DNA of 64,000 nt from Nitrospinota bacterium (lineage in GTDB: Bacteria; Nitrospinota_A; UBA7883). The stretch lies in the NCBI GenBank assembly GCA_965223725.1, contig CBDCXE010000006.1:34357-98356 (forward strand), read 5' to 3'. Made by a program: the position numbers and the translations under genes. Positions 30,383 through 40,028 of this stretch are shown here, piece by piece; positions within the stretch are counted from its first letter, which is position 1; each line of letters begins with the position of its first letter. Under the pieces are notes generated by a model. That model saw only the letters and a list, made by a program, of their open reading frames with translations. It had not been told where the DNA came from and did no database searches.

Positions 30383-31396
30383 CTATTTGAGCTGACGATA
30401 CATCTTCGCGATCTTGATGCCAGCTTCGGTGGCGATCAAGCCATCCTCCGGTGTGATATCCGGCTTCTTGCCAGCCAGCACACATTTAACGAAGTGCTCA
30501 TCTTCCTGATAATGGCCCCAGACCTTCGGCCCGGACACGTCCACCTTGCACACCGTCTCATGCACATCGTCGGTGTTCAGCTTGATGGTGTGGGTGTCGA
30601 TGGCGGTCAGGATGTTGGTGTTTTCACCAACCATTTCCATGGTGACGATTGTCTGGTCGTTGCAGACGCCGCCGGAATACTGCATGGATGAAATGGTGCC
30701 ATCGGTGAACTCCGCCACTGCATAGCCCATATAGCCATGGGTGCCTTTATACTTTTTCAGTTTATGGTTTTCCGCCACGGCGTGCAGCTGCTTGATCTCG
30801 GCGCCCAGCAGCCAGCGGAACAGATCGATCGACCAGACCGACAGGGTGAACAGCGGTCCGCCAGACTTGTTCTTGTCCCACGCCCAGGAGCTTGGCGGCC
30901 ACTGCGCGGCCAGCAGGTTGGCGGAGATATATTCGCGGTAATGGATGGCGGCAGGGCCTTTGCCCAGCACTTTATCCTTGTCGATCATTTTCTTTATCCG
31001 CTGATAGATCGGCGCGAACCGGAAGTTCAGGCTCGGCATCAAGGTTATCTTGGCTTTTTTAGCGGCCTTGATGATGTCCTTGGTCTGCTTCATATTGACA
31101 CCCAGCGGCATCTCCAGAAGCAGATGCTTTTTAGCTTTTATGGCCTCCATGGCCACTGCATAGTGGAACGGATTCGGCACTGCGACGATCACAGCGTCGA
31201 CATCCTTGTCTGCAAAAGCTTCCTTGGTGGTAAGATATTTTTTACAATTATACTTTGTAGAAAACTTTGTGGCCAGCTTGTCGTTCATGTCACAAACAGC
31301 TACCAACTCCGCGTTTTTGATCTTGTTAATGGAAGGCGCATGAGCTTGCCCGCCGACAAACCCCAACCCTACAACACATACACCTAGTTTTTTCAT
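30383..31396 (-). CDS. Gfo/Idh/MocA family NAD(P)-dependent oxidoreductase
   Basis: VGLGFVG Rossmann motif, AVPNPFH, LLEMP (variant of EKP), SGG; last gene of the methyltransferase cassette. Confidence 0.85.
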   Translation of the reverse strand: MKKLGVCVVGLGFVGGQAHAPSINKIKNAELVAVCDMNDKLATKFSTKYNCKKYLTTKEAFADKDVDAVIVAVPNPFHYAVAMEAIKAKKHLLLEMPLGVNMKQTKDIIKAAKKAKITLMPSLNFRFAPIYQRIKKMIDKDKVLGKGPAAIHYREYISANLLAAQWPPSSWAWDKNKSGGPLFTLSVWSIDLFRWLLGAEIKQLHAVAENHKLKKYKGTHGYMGYAVAEFTDGTISSMQYSGGVCNDQTIVTMEMVGENTNILTAIDTHTIKLNTDDVHETVCKVDVSGPKVWGHYQEDEHFVKCVLAGKKPDITPEDGLIATEAGIKIAKMYRQLK

Positions 31397-31430
31397 TGCA
31401 TCCTTATCCTTTTATGAATCACTTTTTTGC

Positions 31431-33416
31431 CTATTCCTTCGCCTTTTTATCCTTCGCCAGTTTTTTCCAGTTCGGAATCTCGTCGAGCACATGCTGGATC
31501 GAAGGGAACGGATCCGTCATATGAGGAAACTGCATCGCCTCCATAAACACACGCTCGAACTCAGGGAATACCGTGAGTTCAAGATACTCGACCTCCCTGG
31601 CCTTTTCATTCGCCTCGAGGCGCTTTTCCTTATTTACAAGACAAAGCCTGGCGCCATCGCCCGCGGCGTTGCCAACCGTATGCACGTCCCCCAATGGACA
31701 ATCAGGGAACATACCCATAAACAAACATGAAAATTGACTTAAATGAGAACCGAACGCGCCGGCAAGGACCACCTTGTCCAGTTTCTCGACTTTCAGGTGT
31801 GTCATCATGATATCAGCGCCCGCATAGATAGAGCCGACAGCAAGCTGGATAGCGCGCACATCACCTTGTGTAATCGCTATATCCTTGCCTATGGAAGTTT
31901 CCGGCTCGTAAGCCAGAACATATTCTGTAAGATCTGTATCCGGATCCTTCCTTAACCTTTTTGATGGCGCAAACTTGCTGAATCGTCCACCTTTGTCGAT
32001 AATACCAACCCGAAACATCTCTGCCACAATATCGATAATCCCGGAGCCACAAATACCCTTTGCGTCTATATCATCTATCTCGGTATTCCATTCCGTCTTG
32101 CCGATAACCTTGTATTGCGGCTCAAGGGTATCGATATCAATCTCCACTTTTTCTATCGCGCCCGGCGCAGCGCGCATACCAAATTTTATCTGGGCGCCCT
32201 CCAGCGCAGGGCCAGTCGCCACCGAACATGAAACAACACCCAGTTTTTTAGATCCACACAACAGCTCGCCGTTGGTGCCAATATCAATGATCAGCACCAC
32301 ATCATCAGAGTTGTAAGGCTCTTCCGCGATTAATACACCACAGTTGTCCGCCCCCACAAACCCTGCCTCGTTGGCGAGGATATGAATATTACCTGATTTA
32401 TTTATTTCGATGCCCATATCACGCGCTTTGATATCTATAGATGGCGCTATAGCGGTCGGGAACGGCGCAACACCCACATACGCCGGATTGATATTCAGCA
32501 AAATATGATGCATCGCCGTGTTACAGACCAGCACCATCTCGCAGATATCATCCCGGGTCAGGCTGTTATTTTCCGTCAGCGAACCGATAAGATCATTGAG
32601 CGCTTCTATGATCGAGCTGTTCATCTTCTCCAGGCCGTCCTTATTCTGCATGGCGTATGAGATTCGACTCATCACATCCTCACCATACCTAACCTGCGGA
32701 TTCATCTTCGAATCGGTATCGACAGCCTTACCAGTCATCATATCTGTAAGGTACGCTGCCACTGTGGTAGTGCCGATATCAACAGCGATACCATAATATT
32801 TACCAATCTTGCCAGGAACGATCCGCACAATCTCGTCATGCAGAACATATACTGTCACTTTCCATTTCGCCTGGCGAATGATGTCTGGCATGGTGCGCAA
32901 ACAAAAGATATCAATAGAGTTTATGTCAGCTCCATGTTCCTCTTTCACAGCATACTTTATCCTTAGGAAATCATCTTCAGGATCATGTAGCGAAGGCGGT
33001 TTCATATCTATGTAATAAGTCTTCAGAGGAGGATCTGGCTTATATTTTAGTTTACCAGCTTTTTTTCTGACCACTTGCTGGCCACCTCGGGCCTCTTCCG
33101 GAACAAACACAAGCAAATCGCCTTTAACATGAGCCAGGCAGGAAAGCCGGTAATTATTCTCCTTCTCCGCCGAGCTTAGCATCCGCTCTTCATCAGTTGT
33201 CCATTCAGTCAGGTGTGACGGATCAGAAGTTATACCAAACTTCTCAAAAAAGCCCACCTCTACCTGAGTCTTGCATTTACCACAAGTCTTTTTTTCACCG
33301 CAAATAGATTCGATTTCAACACCAAGGGATCTGGCGGCGTCGAGAAGTATCTCACCATCCTTGATTTTCCCTCTTCTTCCCGAGGGCTGGAAAATTACTG
33401 TATGCTCTTTCATCAC
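31431..33416 (-). CDS. ATP-dependent reductive activator of corrinoid proteins (RACo/ASKHA, N-terminal 2Fe-2S)
   Basis: CGEKKTCGKC..RLSC, DIGTTTV, NPQ..YGEDVMSRI, GFVGAD, DIGTNGE, GPALEG, GICGSG, LAGAFG. Confidence 0.92.
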   Translation of the reverse strand: MMKEHTVIFQPSGRRGKIKDGEILLDAARSLGVEIESICGEKKTCGKCKTQVEVGFFEKFGITSDPSHLTEWTTDEERMLSSAEKENNYRLSCLAHVKGDLLVFVPEEARGGQQVVRKKAGKLKYKPDPPLKTYYIDMKPPSLHDPEDDFLRIKYAVKEEHGADINSIDIFCLRTMPDIIRQAKWKVTVYVLHDEIVRIVPGKIGKYYGIAVDIGTTTVAAYLTDMMTGKAVDTDSKMNPQVRYGEDVMSRISYAMQNKDGLEKMNSSIIEALNDLIGSLTENNSLTRDDICEMVLVCNTAMHHILLNINPAYVGVAPFPTAIAPSIDIKARDMGIEINKSGNIHILANEAGFVGADNCGVLIAEEPYNSDDVVLIIDIGTNGELLCGSKKLGVVSCSVATGPALEGAQIKFGMRAAPGAIEKVEIDIDTLEPQYKVIGKTEWNTEIDDIDAKGICGSGIIDIVAEMFRVGIIDKGGRFSKFAPSKRLRKDPDTDLTEYVLAYEPETSIGKDIAITQGDVRAIQLAVGSIYAGADIMMTHLKVEKLDKVVLAGAFGSHLSQFSCLFMGMFPDCPLGDVHTVGNAAGDGARLCLVNKEKRLEANEKAREVEYLELTVFPEFERVFMEAMQFPHMTDPFPSIQHVLDEIPNWKKLAKDKKAKE

Positions 33417-33424
33417 TACTCCGC

Positions 33425-34096
33425 TTATCCTTCCTTCTGAATATCTTTGAGCGCCACGATCATGGCGACAGCTTCCGACAGCGCGTTTGTAGCGTCTTCT
33501 GCTGTGCCATCAGCTCCAAATTTTCCAGCTACATCATCGGTGATAGGCGCGCCACCGATAAGGATTTTACATCCCGGGTTTTTCTCTTTGATCATTTCGA
33601 TAACCTTAGGCATGCCCATCATGGTGGTGGTCATCATCGCCGACAAGCATACGATATCAGAATTGGTCTCCAGCTGTTTCTTCAGGAAGTCTTCCAATGG
33701 CACATCCCTGCCCAGATCGTGCACGGTAAACCCGGCCACGTCGAACATCATCTTAACGATGTTTTTACCGATATCATGAACATCGCCCTGCACAGTTCCG
33801 ATAACAACCGTGCCTTTAACGCCGGTATCGCGCTGAACCATATGCGGTCTTAATATATCCAGGCCGATATACAGCGAATCCGCCGCCATCAGCATCTCCG
33901 GTACGAAATATTCCTGCTCCGAAAATAACTTTCCAACTTCTTCCATACCAGTTACAAGGCCGTCGAATATTGCGTCGTAAGTGTCTTCACCGGTCGCCGC
34001 CCACTCTTCCGCCGCTTCTTTTACTTCGTCATCCTCAAATTCAACTACACCTTCAGCAAGCCTTTTAAGTAAATCGTCTCTTTTCTCCTGGTCCAT
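33425..34096 (-). CDS. Methyltransferase cognate corrinoid protein (MtaC/MtbC-like)
   Basis: Cap motif EYFVPEMLMAA, GDVHDIGKN (DxHxxG), SAMMTTTM, GGAP. Confidence 0.93.
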   Translation of the reverse strand: MDQEKRDDLLKRLAEGVVEFEDDEVKEAAEEWAATGEDTYDAIFDGLVTGMEEVGKLFSEQEYFVPEMLMAADSLYIGLDILRPHMVQRDTGVKGTVVIGTVQGDVHDIGKNIVKMMFDVAGFTVHDLGRDVPLEDFLKKQLETNSDIVCLSAMMTTTMMGMPKVIEMIKEKNPGCKILIGGAPITDDVAGKFGADGTAEDATNALSEAVAMIVALKDIQKEG

Positions 34097-34129
34097 TATA
34101 AACTCCCAATCTATTGGTATTGTAAAAAT

Positions 34130-35158
34130 CTAAGCGCTGGAAACTTCTGTTTCTTTGCAGGCGCGCATCATGGCTTCAATATTTTCCGGTTTGGCGGTGG
34201 GCCATATATCACAACCAGGGTGAACACCACTCACACCCTCCTTGATAATCTGCGCCACTGTATCATACGCCTCGCTGGCTTCGCCATTATTCAATATTGC
34301 AAACGGGTTGAAGTTGCCAAGTATAACTGTGTCTGGCCCCAGTTTCTCCCGCGCGGTCGCCATCGGTGTTTTGGAATCGATAGAGATCGCATCAAACCCG
34401 CATTCCACCATCGTACTCAAGATAGGCGTCACCAATCCACAAATGTGCAATATGTTCGGGCTTTTAAGCTCAGCCGAAACTTTCTTGAGCGGCCCCGATA
34501 TAATTTTCTTGAATATTTTCGGCGAAAGCACATCGGTTGTGGCGCCCATCTCTCTTACTGAGATAAAGTCAACACCGTTGTCCATCAGGTCATTACCAAT
34601 GGCTATACTCACATCCGCTAATGCGTTGAGATATTCCAGAATCTCATCCGGCTTCTTATAAGCGCTTTTTAAAAGCGGCTCCAGCTCGCTGATCTGCCCG
34701 CCCAGGGTGAATGGACCCAGCAGGTAAGACCCGATCGCCACATCATCGCCAACCTTTTCCTTTATGATTTTCACCGCTTCCCTGATCAGAGGCAAACGGC
34801 CCTTATCAGACACACCCTCGGCGGCTATCGCCTTGATCTGTTCGGCAGTGGGCGCGCTTTTCGTTTTGATGGTCGGATACAATAGCTCGGAAGAATCTTG
34901 ATACGGGTTCATCTCGCATCCCAAAACTTCCGCTTCCATACACAGGTCAAATGGTACGATCACACATTCATAACCGTACAGCTCCCAGGTGGTCATCGCT
35001 GACTCGGCCATTTGCTGGGCATTGTTGTGCACATTGGCAAACTTATAGCCAAGCTTTTCCAGCCCGGCTGAAGTGACGTTCCCAACACCGGAAAAGCAGG
35101 GAACAGGCGACACTTTTTCGCCACTAAGCATTTTTAACACACGTTCTTTCGAAGTCAT
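34130..35158 (-). CDS. MtaA/CmuA-family (URO-D fold) Zn methyltransferase
   Basis: VPFDLCMEAEVLG, GPFTL, LHICG and PGCD Zn ligands. Confidence 0.88.
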   Translation of the reverse strand: MTSKERVLKMLSGEKVSPVPCFSGVGNVTSAGLEKLGYKFANVHNNAQQMAESAMTTWELYGYECVIVPFDLCMEAEVLGCEMNPYQDSSELLYPTIKTKSAPTAEQIKAIAAEGVSDKGRLPLIREAVKIIKEKVGDDVAIGSYLLGPFTLGGQISELEPLLKSAYKKPDEILEYLNALADVSIAIGNDLMDNGVDFISVREMGATTDVLSPKIFKKIISGPLKKVSAELKSPNILHICGLVTPILSTMVECGFDAISIDSKTPMATAREKLGPDTVILGNFNPFAILNNGEASEAYDTVAQIIKEGVSGVHPGCDIWPTAKPENIEAMMRACKETEVSSA

Positions 35159-35171
35159 ATAAATAAACCTT

Positions 35172-36200
35172 TCAATCTGTATAGTTTTTCGCTAGCGAAT
35201 ATAATAATTCCAGGTTCTCATCCGACACCGTCGGCGGATGGTCGCAACCTGGCATTAAGATAAAGCCACCGTTTTTCGCGCCATCCACAAGGCATTCGTT
35301 TGCCATTTGCCTCACTTGATCTGTACTTCCCCTATCCATGATGGTAACAGGATCTACATTTCCTGCTATGCATAGTTTGTGCCCAATCTCCTGCTTTGCC
35401 TTTGTAAGCTCTACTTTATGGTCCAGACTGATGCAGTCTACCCCTGTTTCCGCAAACAGATCAAGCCGATTATTCGTATCTCCACATATATGCAGAAGTG
35501 TTTTCACACCTTTCGATTTTGCCCATGCGCTCATCTCCTGTAACGGCTCAAGCGCAAACTTATCAAACTGTTTTCTTGATATCAGGTCGCCAGAGGCAGT
35601 CGGGTCCGCCATCGTTATCATTTCTATGGTTCCATCTTCAATAAGCGGCTTGAAAATCTCCTGAATCATTTTAACGGCAAACGCGCATGTGGCTTTCACC
35701 AGAGGTTTGTTCTTAAAGGTGGCCCGCATCATTTGCTCTACACCCATAAGCTGGCCGGCAAGGGTGAACGGCCCCCAGGCGGTCACGGTGACCACCGCTT
35801 CGTCGCCAATCTCCGCTTTAACCAGCCGGGCGGCTTTCCATATTGTCTGGACTACCGGGTCATTTGGAATAAGACTTAGGTCAAGTTTCTCTATATCTTC
35901 TTCGGCAAATACATATGGCTCCTCCAAATCTGGCGCGCCTATCTCTCGAAACTTTATTTCACCACCCAGCGCGGCGGCATGCAGGTTGTTATAGCCGGAG
36001 CCAACATAAACAATGTCTGGCTTGAACTGGTTATATATATCAATATTGGTTTTCGCCATTCTCTCCGGGTCTTGTGATAATTCTTTAAATGTGGTGCCAG
36101 AGCGGTGGATTGTCCACACCCCACATCCGAATGGAGCTACAGGCACCCTTTCAGGCTTGCCCATCTCCATTGCCTTAAAGACTATTTCTTTCGCGTTCAT
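35172..36200 (-). CDS. Second MtaA/CmuA-family (URO-D fold) Zn methyltransferase
   Basis: GPFTLA, ADPTASGDLIS, LHICG, GNVDP, PGCD. Confidence 0.88.
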   Translation of the reverse strand: MNAKEIVFKAMEMGKPERVPVAPFGCGVWTIHRSGTTFKELSQDPERMAKTNIDIYNQFKPDIVYVGSGYNNLHAAALGGEIKFREIGAPDLEEPYVFAEEDIEKLDLSLIPNDPVVQTIWKAARLVKAEIGDEAVVTVTAWGPFTLAGQLMGVEQMMRATFKNKPLVKATCAFAVKMIQEIFKPLIEDGTIEMITMADPTASGDLISRKQFDKFALEPLQEMSAWAKSKGVKTLLHICGDTNNRLDLFAETGVDCISLDHKVELTKAKQEIGHKLCIAGNVDPVTIMDRGSTDQVRQMANECLVDGAKNGGFILMPGCDHPPTVSDENLELLYSLAKNYTD

Positions 36201-36862
36201 CAGCTATTTTCTCCCAATTCTATCTTTGCATTTTATAAGCTTTAATTTTTGCATCTGAGTATGTTATCGCAATTCTGTCAATTTAGTTAATTATAATCCG
36301 CCAAGGCTTATGTTCATCACTGCTCCAAAAACTGCAAGTCACAATTGCAACCACTGCATATTAACCCCTCAGAGGTTCTGTGTACTTTCTATATGGATAG
36401 TAAAAGCATGTTTCAAGCTCAATAATTTTCATGATTCCTTGACCATTGCTGCAGTTTATGCTTTTTATGACGCAAACCTGATACATTACTTTATACAATT
36501 TGAAGTCGCCACACACAAAGAACAGTTGCGCAGTTGCCAATAGCGTAAAGCAAACAAGATTCGAGCCATTTTCATTATTTATAAGCATTCTGTTTCTATT
36601 GATACAACCCAAACCAGAAATGTGGTGATGTTACTGCATGTAAACAAGTTGAATTGAACAGATATATATTATCGTGTATCTTGATATTACTGTCACCAAC
36701 CAGAAATTAATGTTACCAATTAGCAAGGCGGGTTACCAAAAGAAACGAGCTGATCGCATATACTAAAAGCTAAGTGGCCCGAAATTCAATATTAATCGAA
36801 GGTTACATTTCCTGCTCCAATATACGTATAATAACGTCACATTTATAACCTGATGAGGATTT

Positions 36863-38683
36863 ATGACCGAAAGTTTTGCAGAAGCAGTTGAAAAACGCCT
36901 CCTGGTATGCGACGGCGCCACCGCCACAATGTTCTATGCGCGCGGGATCACAATAAACCGTTGTTATGAAGAGCTGAACCTGACAAAACCAGACTTGGTC
37001 CGTGATCTTCATCGGGATTATATCAAAGCTGGCGCAGATATCATCGAAACAAACACTTTTGGGGCCAACCGATACAAGCTGAGGCATTTTGGGCTCGATA
37101 GCAAAGTCGCCGAGATTAACAGAGCCGGGATAGCCCTGGCATCGGAAGAGGCAAGGGGTGGCGTGTTCATAGCCGCGTCGATCGGTCCGCTCGGCTCCAG
37201 CCTGGAGCCATACGGCAAGATACTGTCAGCCGATGCAAAAGATGCCTTTACAGAACAAGCCAGGGAGTTGGTAAATAACGGCGCGGACGCTGTAATGTTT
37301 GAGACGTTTCATGACCTGAACGAGCTCGAAATAGCCATCAACGCCGTTAAATCGTTGTCAAAGGAGATACCGATCATCGCCCAGGTCGCATTCGAACAGG
37401 ATGGCAAAACCATATATGGCGCCACAGCGACGCAAGCCCTCACCACCATGGAATCGGCAGGGGCGGACATAGTCGGCGCCAACTGCTCGGTCGGCCCCGC
37501 GGCCATGCTAGAAGTGGTCCAGGAAATGGCCTCCTCCACCAACCTGCCGGTTATCGCCCAGCCGAACGCTGGCATGCCGAAACTGCTGGATGATCGATTG
37601 ATATACCTTACCACGCCGGAATATCTGCTCACATACGCCAAACGGTTTATCCGGGCCGGTGCAAGAATCATAGGCGGATGTTGCGGCGCCACACCGGAGC
37701 ATATCAGCCAGCTTAAGGGCGCCGCGCTGGCCCTTTCGCCTTCCCGGGTGGAGGTCAGCAAAACAGTGGACGAAGATAAAGAGGAATATGAAGAGACCGA
37801 GACGGCAGAGAAAACATCGGTATCCGCCAAGCTGGCGGCGGGCGAATGGGTCCGGTCGGTGGAGCTGTTGCCGCCGAAAGGGGCGGACCCCACAAAGGTG
37901 CTGGAACATGCCAGAAAGCTGAAAGAGGCAGGGATCGATTGCATCAACATACCAGATGGGCCGAGGGCCATGGCGCGGATGAGCCCTCTATCATTGGCGC
38001 TGCTCTTTAAAAACGATATCGGGGTGGAGCCGATCCTCCACTATACCTGCCGGGACAGAAACCTGCTGGGGATGCAGTCGGACATACTGGGCGCGGAGGC
38101 TGTGGGTATAAAAGACATCCTGGCCATCACCGGCGATCCGCCGAAGCTGGGCAACTATCCGAACGCGACGGCGGTGTACGATGTAGACTCCATCGGCCTT
38201 GTCAAAATGATCCGCAATCTCAACCGTGGGCTCGATATTGTGGGCAACCCGATCATAGGGCGCACATCGATCCATATCGGTGTGGGCGCCAACCCGGGTG
38301 CGGCCAACATCGATGAAGAGCTGCGTCGTTTTGAGCAGAAGATTGAGTCTGGCGCAGAATTCGCCATGACCCAGCCGATTTTTGATTCCGATAAACTGTT
38401 CGCATTCCTCGACCGGATCGATCAATTCAAAATACCGGTTCTTGTCGGCATCCTTCCACTGGCCTCTTTACGTTCCGCCGAGTTTTTGCATAACGAGGTG
38501 CCGAGGATGAGCGTGCCGGACGATATCCGCCAGCGGCTGAAAGACGCAGGCGAAAACGCCCGGGATGTGGGTGTGGAGGTGGCGCGGGAGGCGCTGGCCG
38601 CATGCGCCGACCGGGTTCAGGGTGTGTATGTGATGGCGCCGGTGGGCGGGGCGGATACTGCTTTGCGGGTTTTAAGTGAATAA
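36863..38683 (+). CDS. Bifunctional homocysteine S-methyltransferase / methylenetetrahydrofolate reductase (YitJ-like)
   Basis: ETNTFGAN, GANCS, PNAG, GGCCG (Zn) followed by an MTHFR domain (HYTCRDRN, ITGDPP, TQPIFD). Confidence 0.92.
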   Translation: MTESFAEAVEKRLLVCDGATATMFYARGITINRCYEELNLTKPDLVRDLHRDYIKAGADIIETNTFGANRYKLRHFGLDSKVAEINRAGIALASEEARGGVFIAASIGPLGSSLEPYGKILSADAKDAFTEQARELVNNGADAVMFETFHDLNELEIAINAVKSLSKEIPIIAQVAFEQDGKTIYGATATQALTTMESAGADIVGANCSVGPAAMLEVVQEMASSTNLPVIAQPNAGMPKLLDDRLIYLTTPEYLLTYAKRFIRAGARIIGGCCGATPEHISQLKGAALALSPSRVEVSKTVDEDKEEYEETETAEKTSVSAKLAAGEWVRSVELLPPKGADPTKVLEHARKLKEAGIDCINIPDGPRAMARMSPLSLALLFKNDIGVEPILHYTCRDRNLLGMQSDILGAEAVGIKDILAITGDPPKLGNYPNATAVYDVDSIGLVKMIRNLNRGLDIVGNPIIGRTSIHIGVGANPGAANIDEELRRFEQKIESGAEFAMTQPIFDSDKLFAFLDRIDQFKIPVLVGILPLASLRSAEFLHNEVPRMSVPDDIRQRLKDAGENARDVGVEVAREALAACADRVQGVYVMAPVGGADTALRVLSE

Positions 38684-40028
38684 CAGGGAAATTCTGGAAA
38701 AGGTAAAATCCACAATTGTGGAGCGCCGGATGATTGAGCCGGGCCAGATAGTCAGCGCCGCTGTGTCGGGCGGGCCGGATTCTACGGCGTTACTCTATAT
38801 TCTGCTGGAGCTGCGCAACGAGCTGGGCTTCTTCTTGCGTGTTTGCCATTTCGATCATGCCATCCGGGATGAATCGCCCGACGACATGGCTCATGTGAAA
38901 CAACTGGCTGGCAAGCTGGGGCTTCGTTACGCCACGGCGCGGGCGATGGTTCCCCCGGACGCCAAAATCACGCAGGAGCTGGCCAGGGATCTGCGTTACC
39001 GGTTTTTCGAGCGGCAGGTCCGGCTGGGTCATGCTGATCTAATCGCTCTCGGTCATACACTGGATGACTCGGTGGAGACGTCGATCATGTGGATGCTGCG
39101 GGGGACAGGGCCCTCGGCCTTTGGTGGCATCCCGCCGGTGCGCGACCACTACATCCGGCCGTTGATCGACCTGTGCAAAGGTGACATCACCCGATGGCTG
39201 GATGGCAATGGCATAAAATATCTAACCGACCCCAGCAACGAGTCGGACAAATATCTGCGCAACTCCATAAGGCGCAACATTATTTCGGTGATGGAGAGGA
39301 CCGTCACCGGCTCCGTGGATTCCATAGCCAGGCTGGCGAAGCTGGTCCAGGATCAAAACTCTATATTGGAAAAACAGGCTCAGGAGTTTGTCGAAGCAAA
39401 CGGCGCCAGTCAGAGCAGCCTGCTAACGCTCGACACCCCGCTGCTGCGCGCCCAGCCGGAAGCCATGCGCTTCGTAATATACAGGGTGGCTATCAGGACA
39501 ACAGGGCTGAATCCATCGTTGCTCACTTTCCGGCATATGGAGGCGATCGACGGCTTGCTGACAACAGGGACGCTGGGCAAGAAGATCGATCTGCCACAGG
39601 GGAATATGGCAATGCTCGACCATGCAGGCTTGAGCCTGGGCAAAGAGCCAGCGCAGTTCGAGTTTCCGGAAACAGCTTTCAATTGTCCGCTATTATTAGA
39701 GACAACATGCGGAACGCTGTCGGTGTCTGCCGCCGACAATGATTCGGATGACGCCTTGTTGATGGACGCGGAGAAGATACCTGACGGCGCGGTTTTCCGG
39801 ACGAGACAGGCGGGCGATTTTTTGAAGCTGGCCAATACAGAAGGCCGAAAATCGTTAAAGAAGTTTTTCATCGACCGCAAGGTTCCCTCCGGCAGGCGCG
39901 ACAAGATACTGTTGCTGGCCGCTGATTCCGAAGTAGTATGGATACCAGGGTTGTTTGCGGCGCCATCGATTGTGGCTGATGAGAATTGTGGGCAGGCAGT
40001 TAAAATTCGCTGGGATCAAGCTGGCTAG
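38676..40028 (+). CDS. tilS: tRNA(Ile)-lysidine synthetase
   Basis: AVSGGPDS, RDLRY, GHTLDDSVET, IRPL, DPSN, RNSIR, KSLKKFFID. Confidence 0.93.
   Translation: MNNREILEKVKSTIVERRMIEPGQIVSAAVSGGPDSTALLYILLELRNELGFFLRVCHFDHAIRDESPDDMAHVKQLAGKLGLRYATARAMVPPDAKITQELARDLRYRFFERQVRLGHADLIALGHTLDDSVETSIMWMLRGTGPSAFGGIPPVRDHYIRPLIDLCKGDITRWLDGNGIKYLTDPSNESDKYLRNSIRRNIISVMERTVTGSVDSIARLAKLVQDQNSILEKQAQEFVEANGASQSSLLTLDTPLLRAQPEAMRFVIYRVAIRTTGLNPSLLTFRHMEAIDGLLTTGTLGKKIDLPQGNMAMLDHAGLSLGKEPAQFEFPETAFNCPLLLETTCGTLSVSAADNDSDDALLMDAEKIPDGAVFRTRQAGDFLKLANTEGRKSLKKFFIDRKVPSGRRDKILLLAADSEVVWIPGLFAAPSIVADENCGQAVKIRWDQAG

Noticed and set aside
34130-36200. Annotation as uroporphyrinogen decarboxylase (hemE)
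   Set aside because: Both proteins lack the RQAGR motif, carry HxC/C Zn ligands and sit beside a corrinoid protein and its activator
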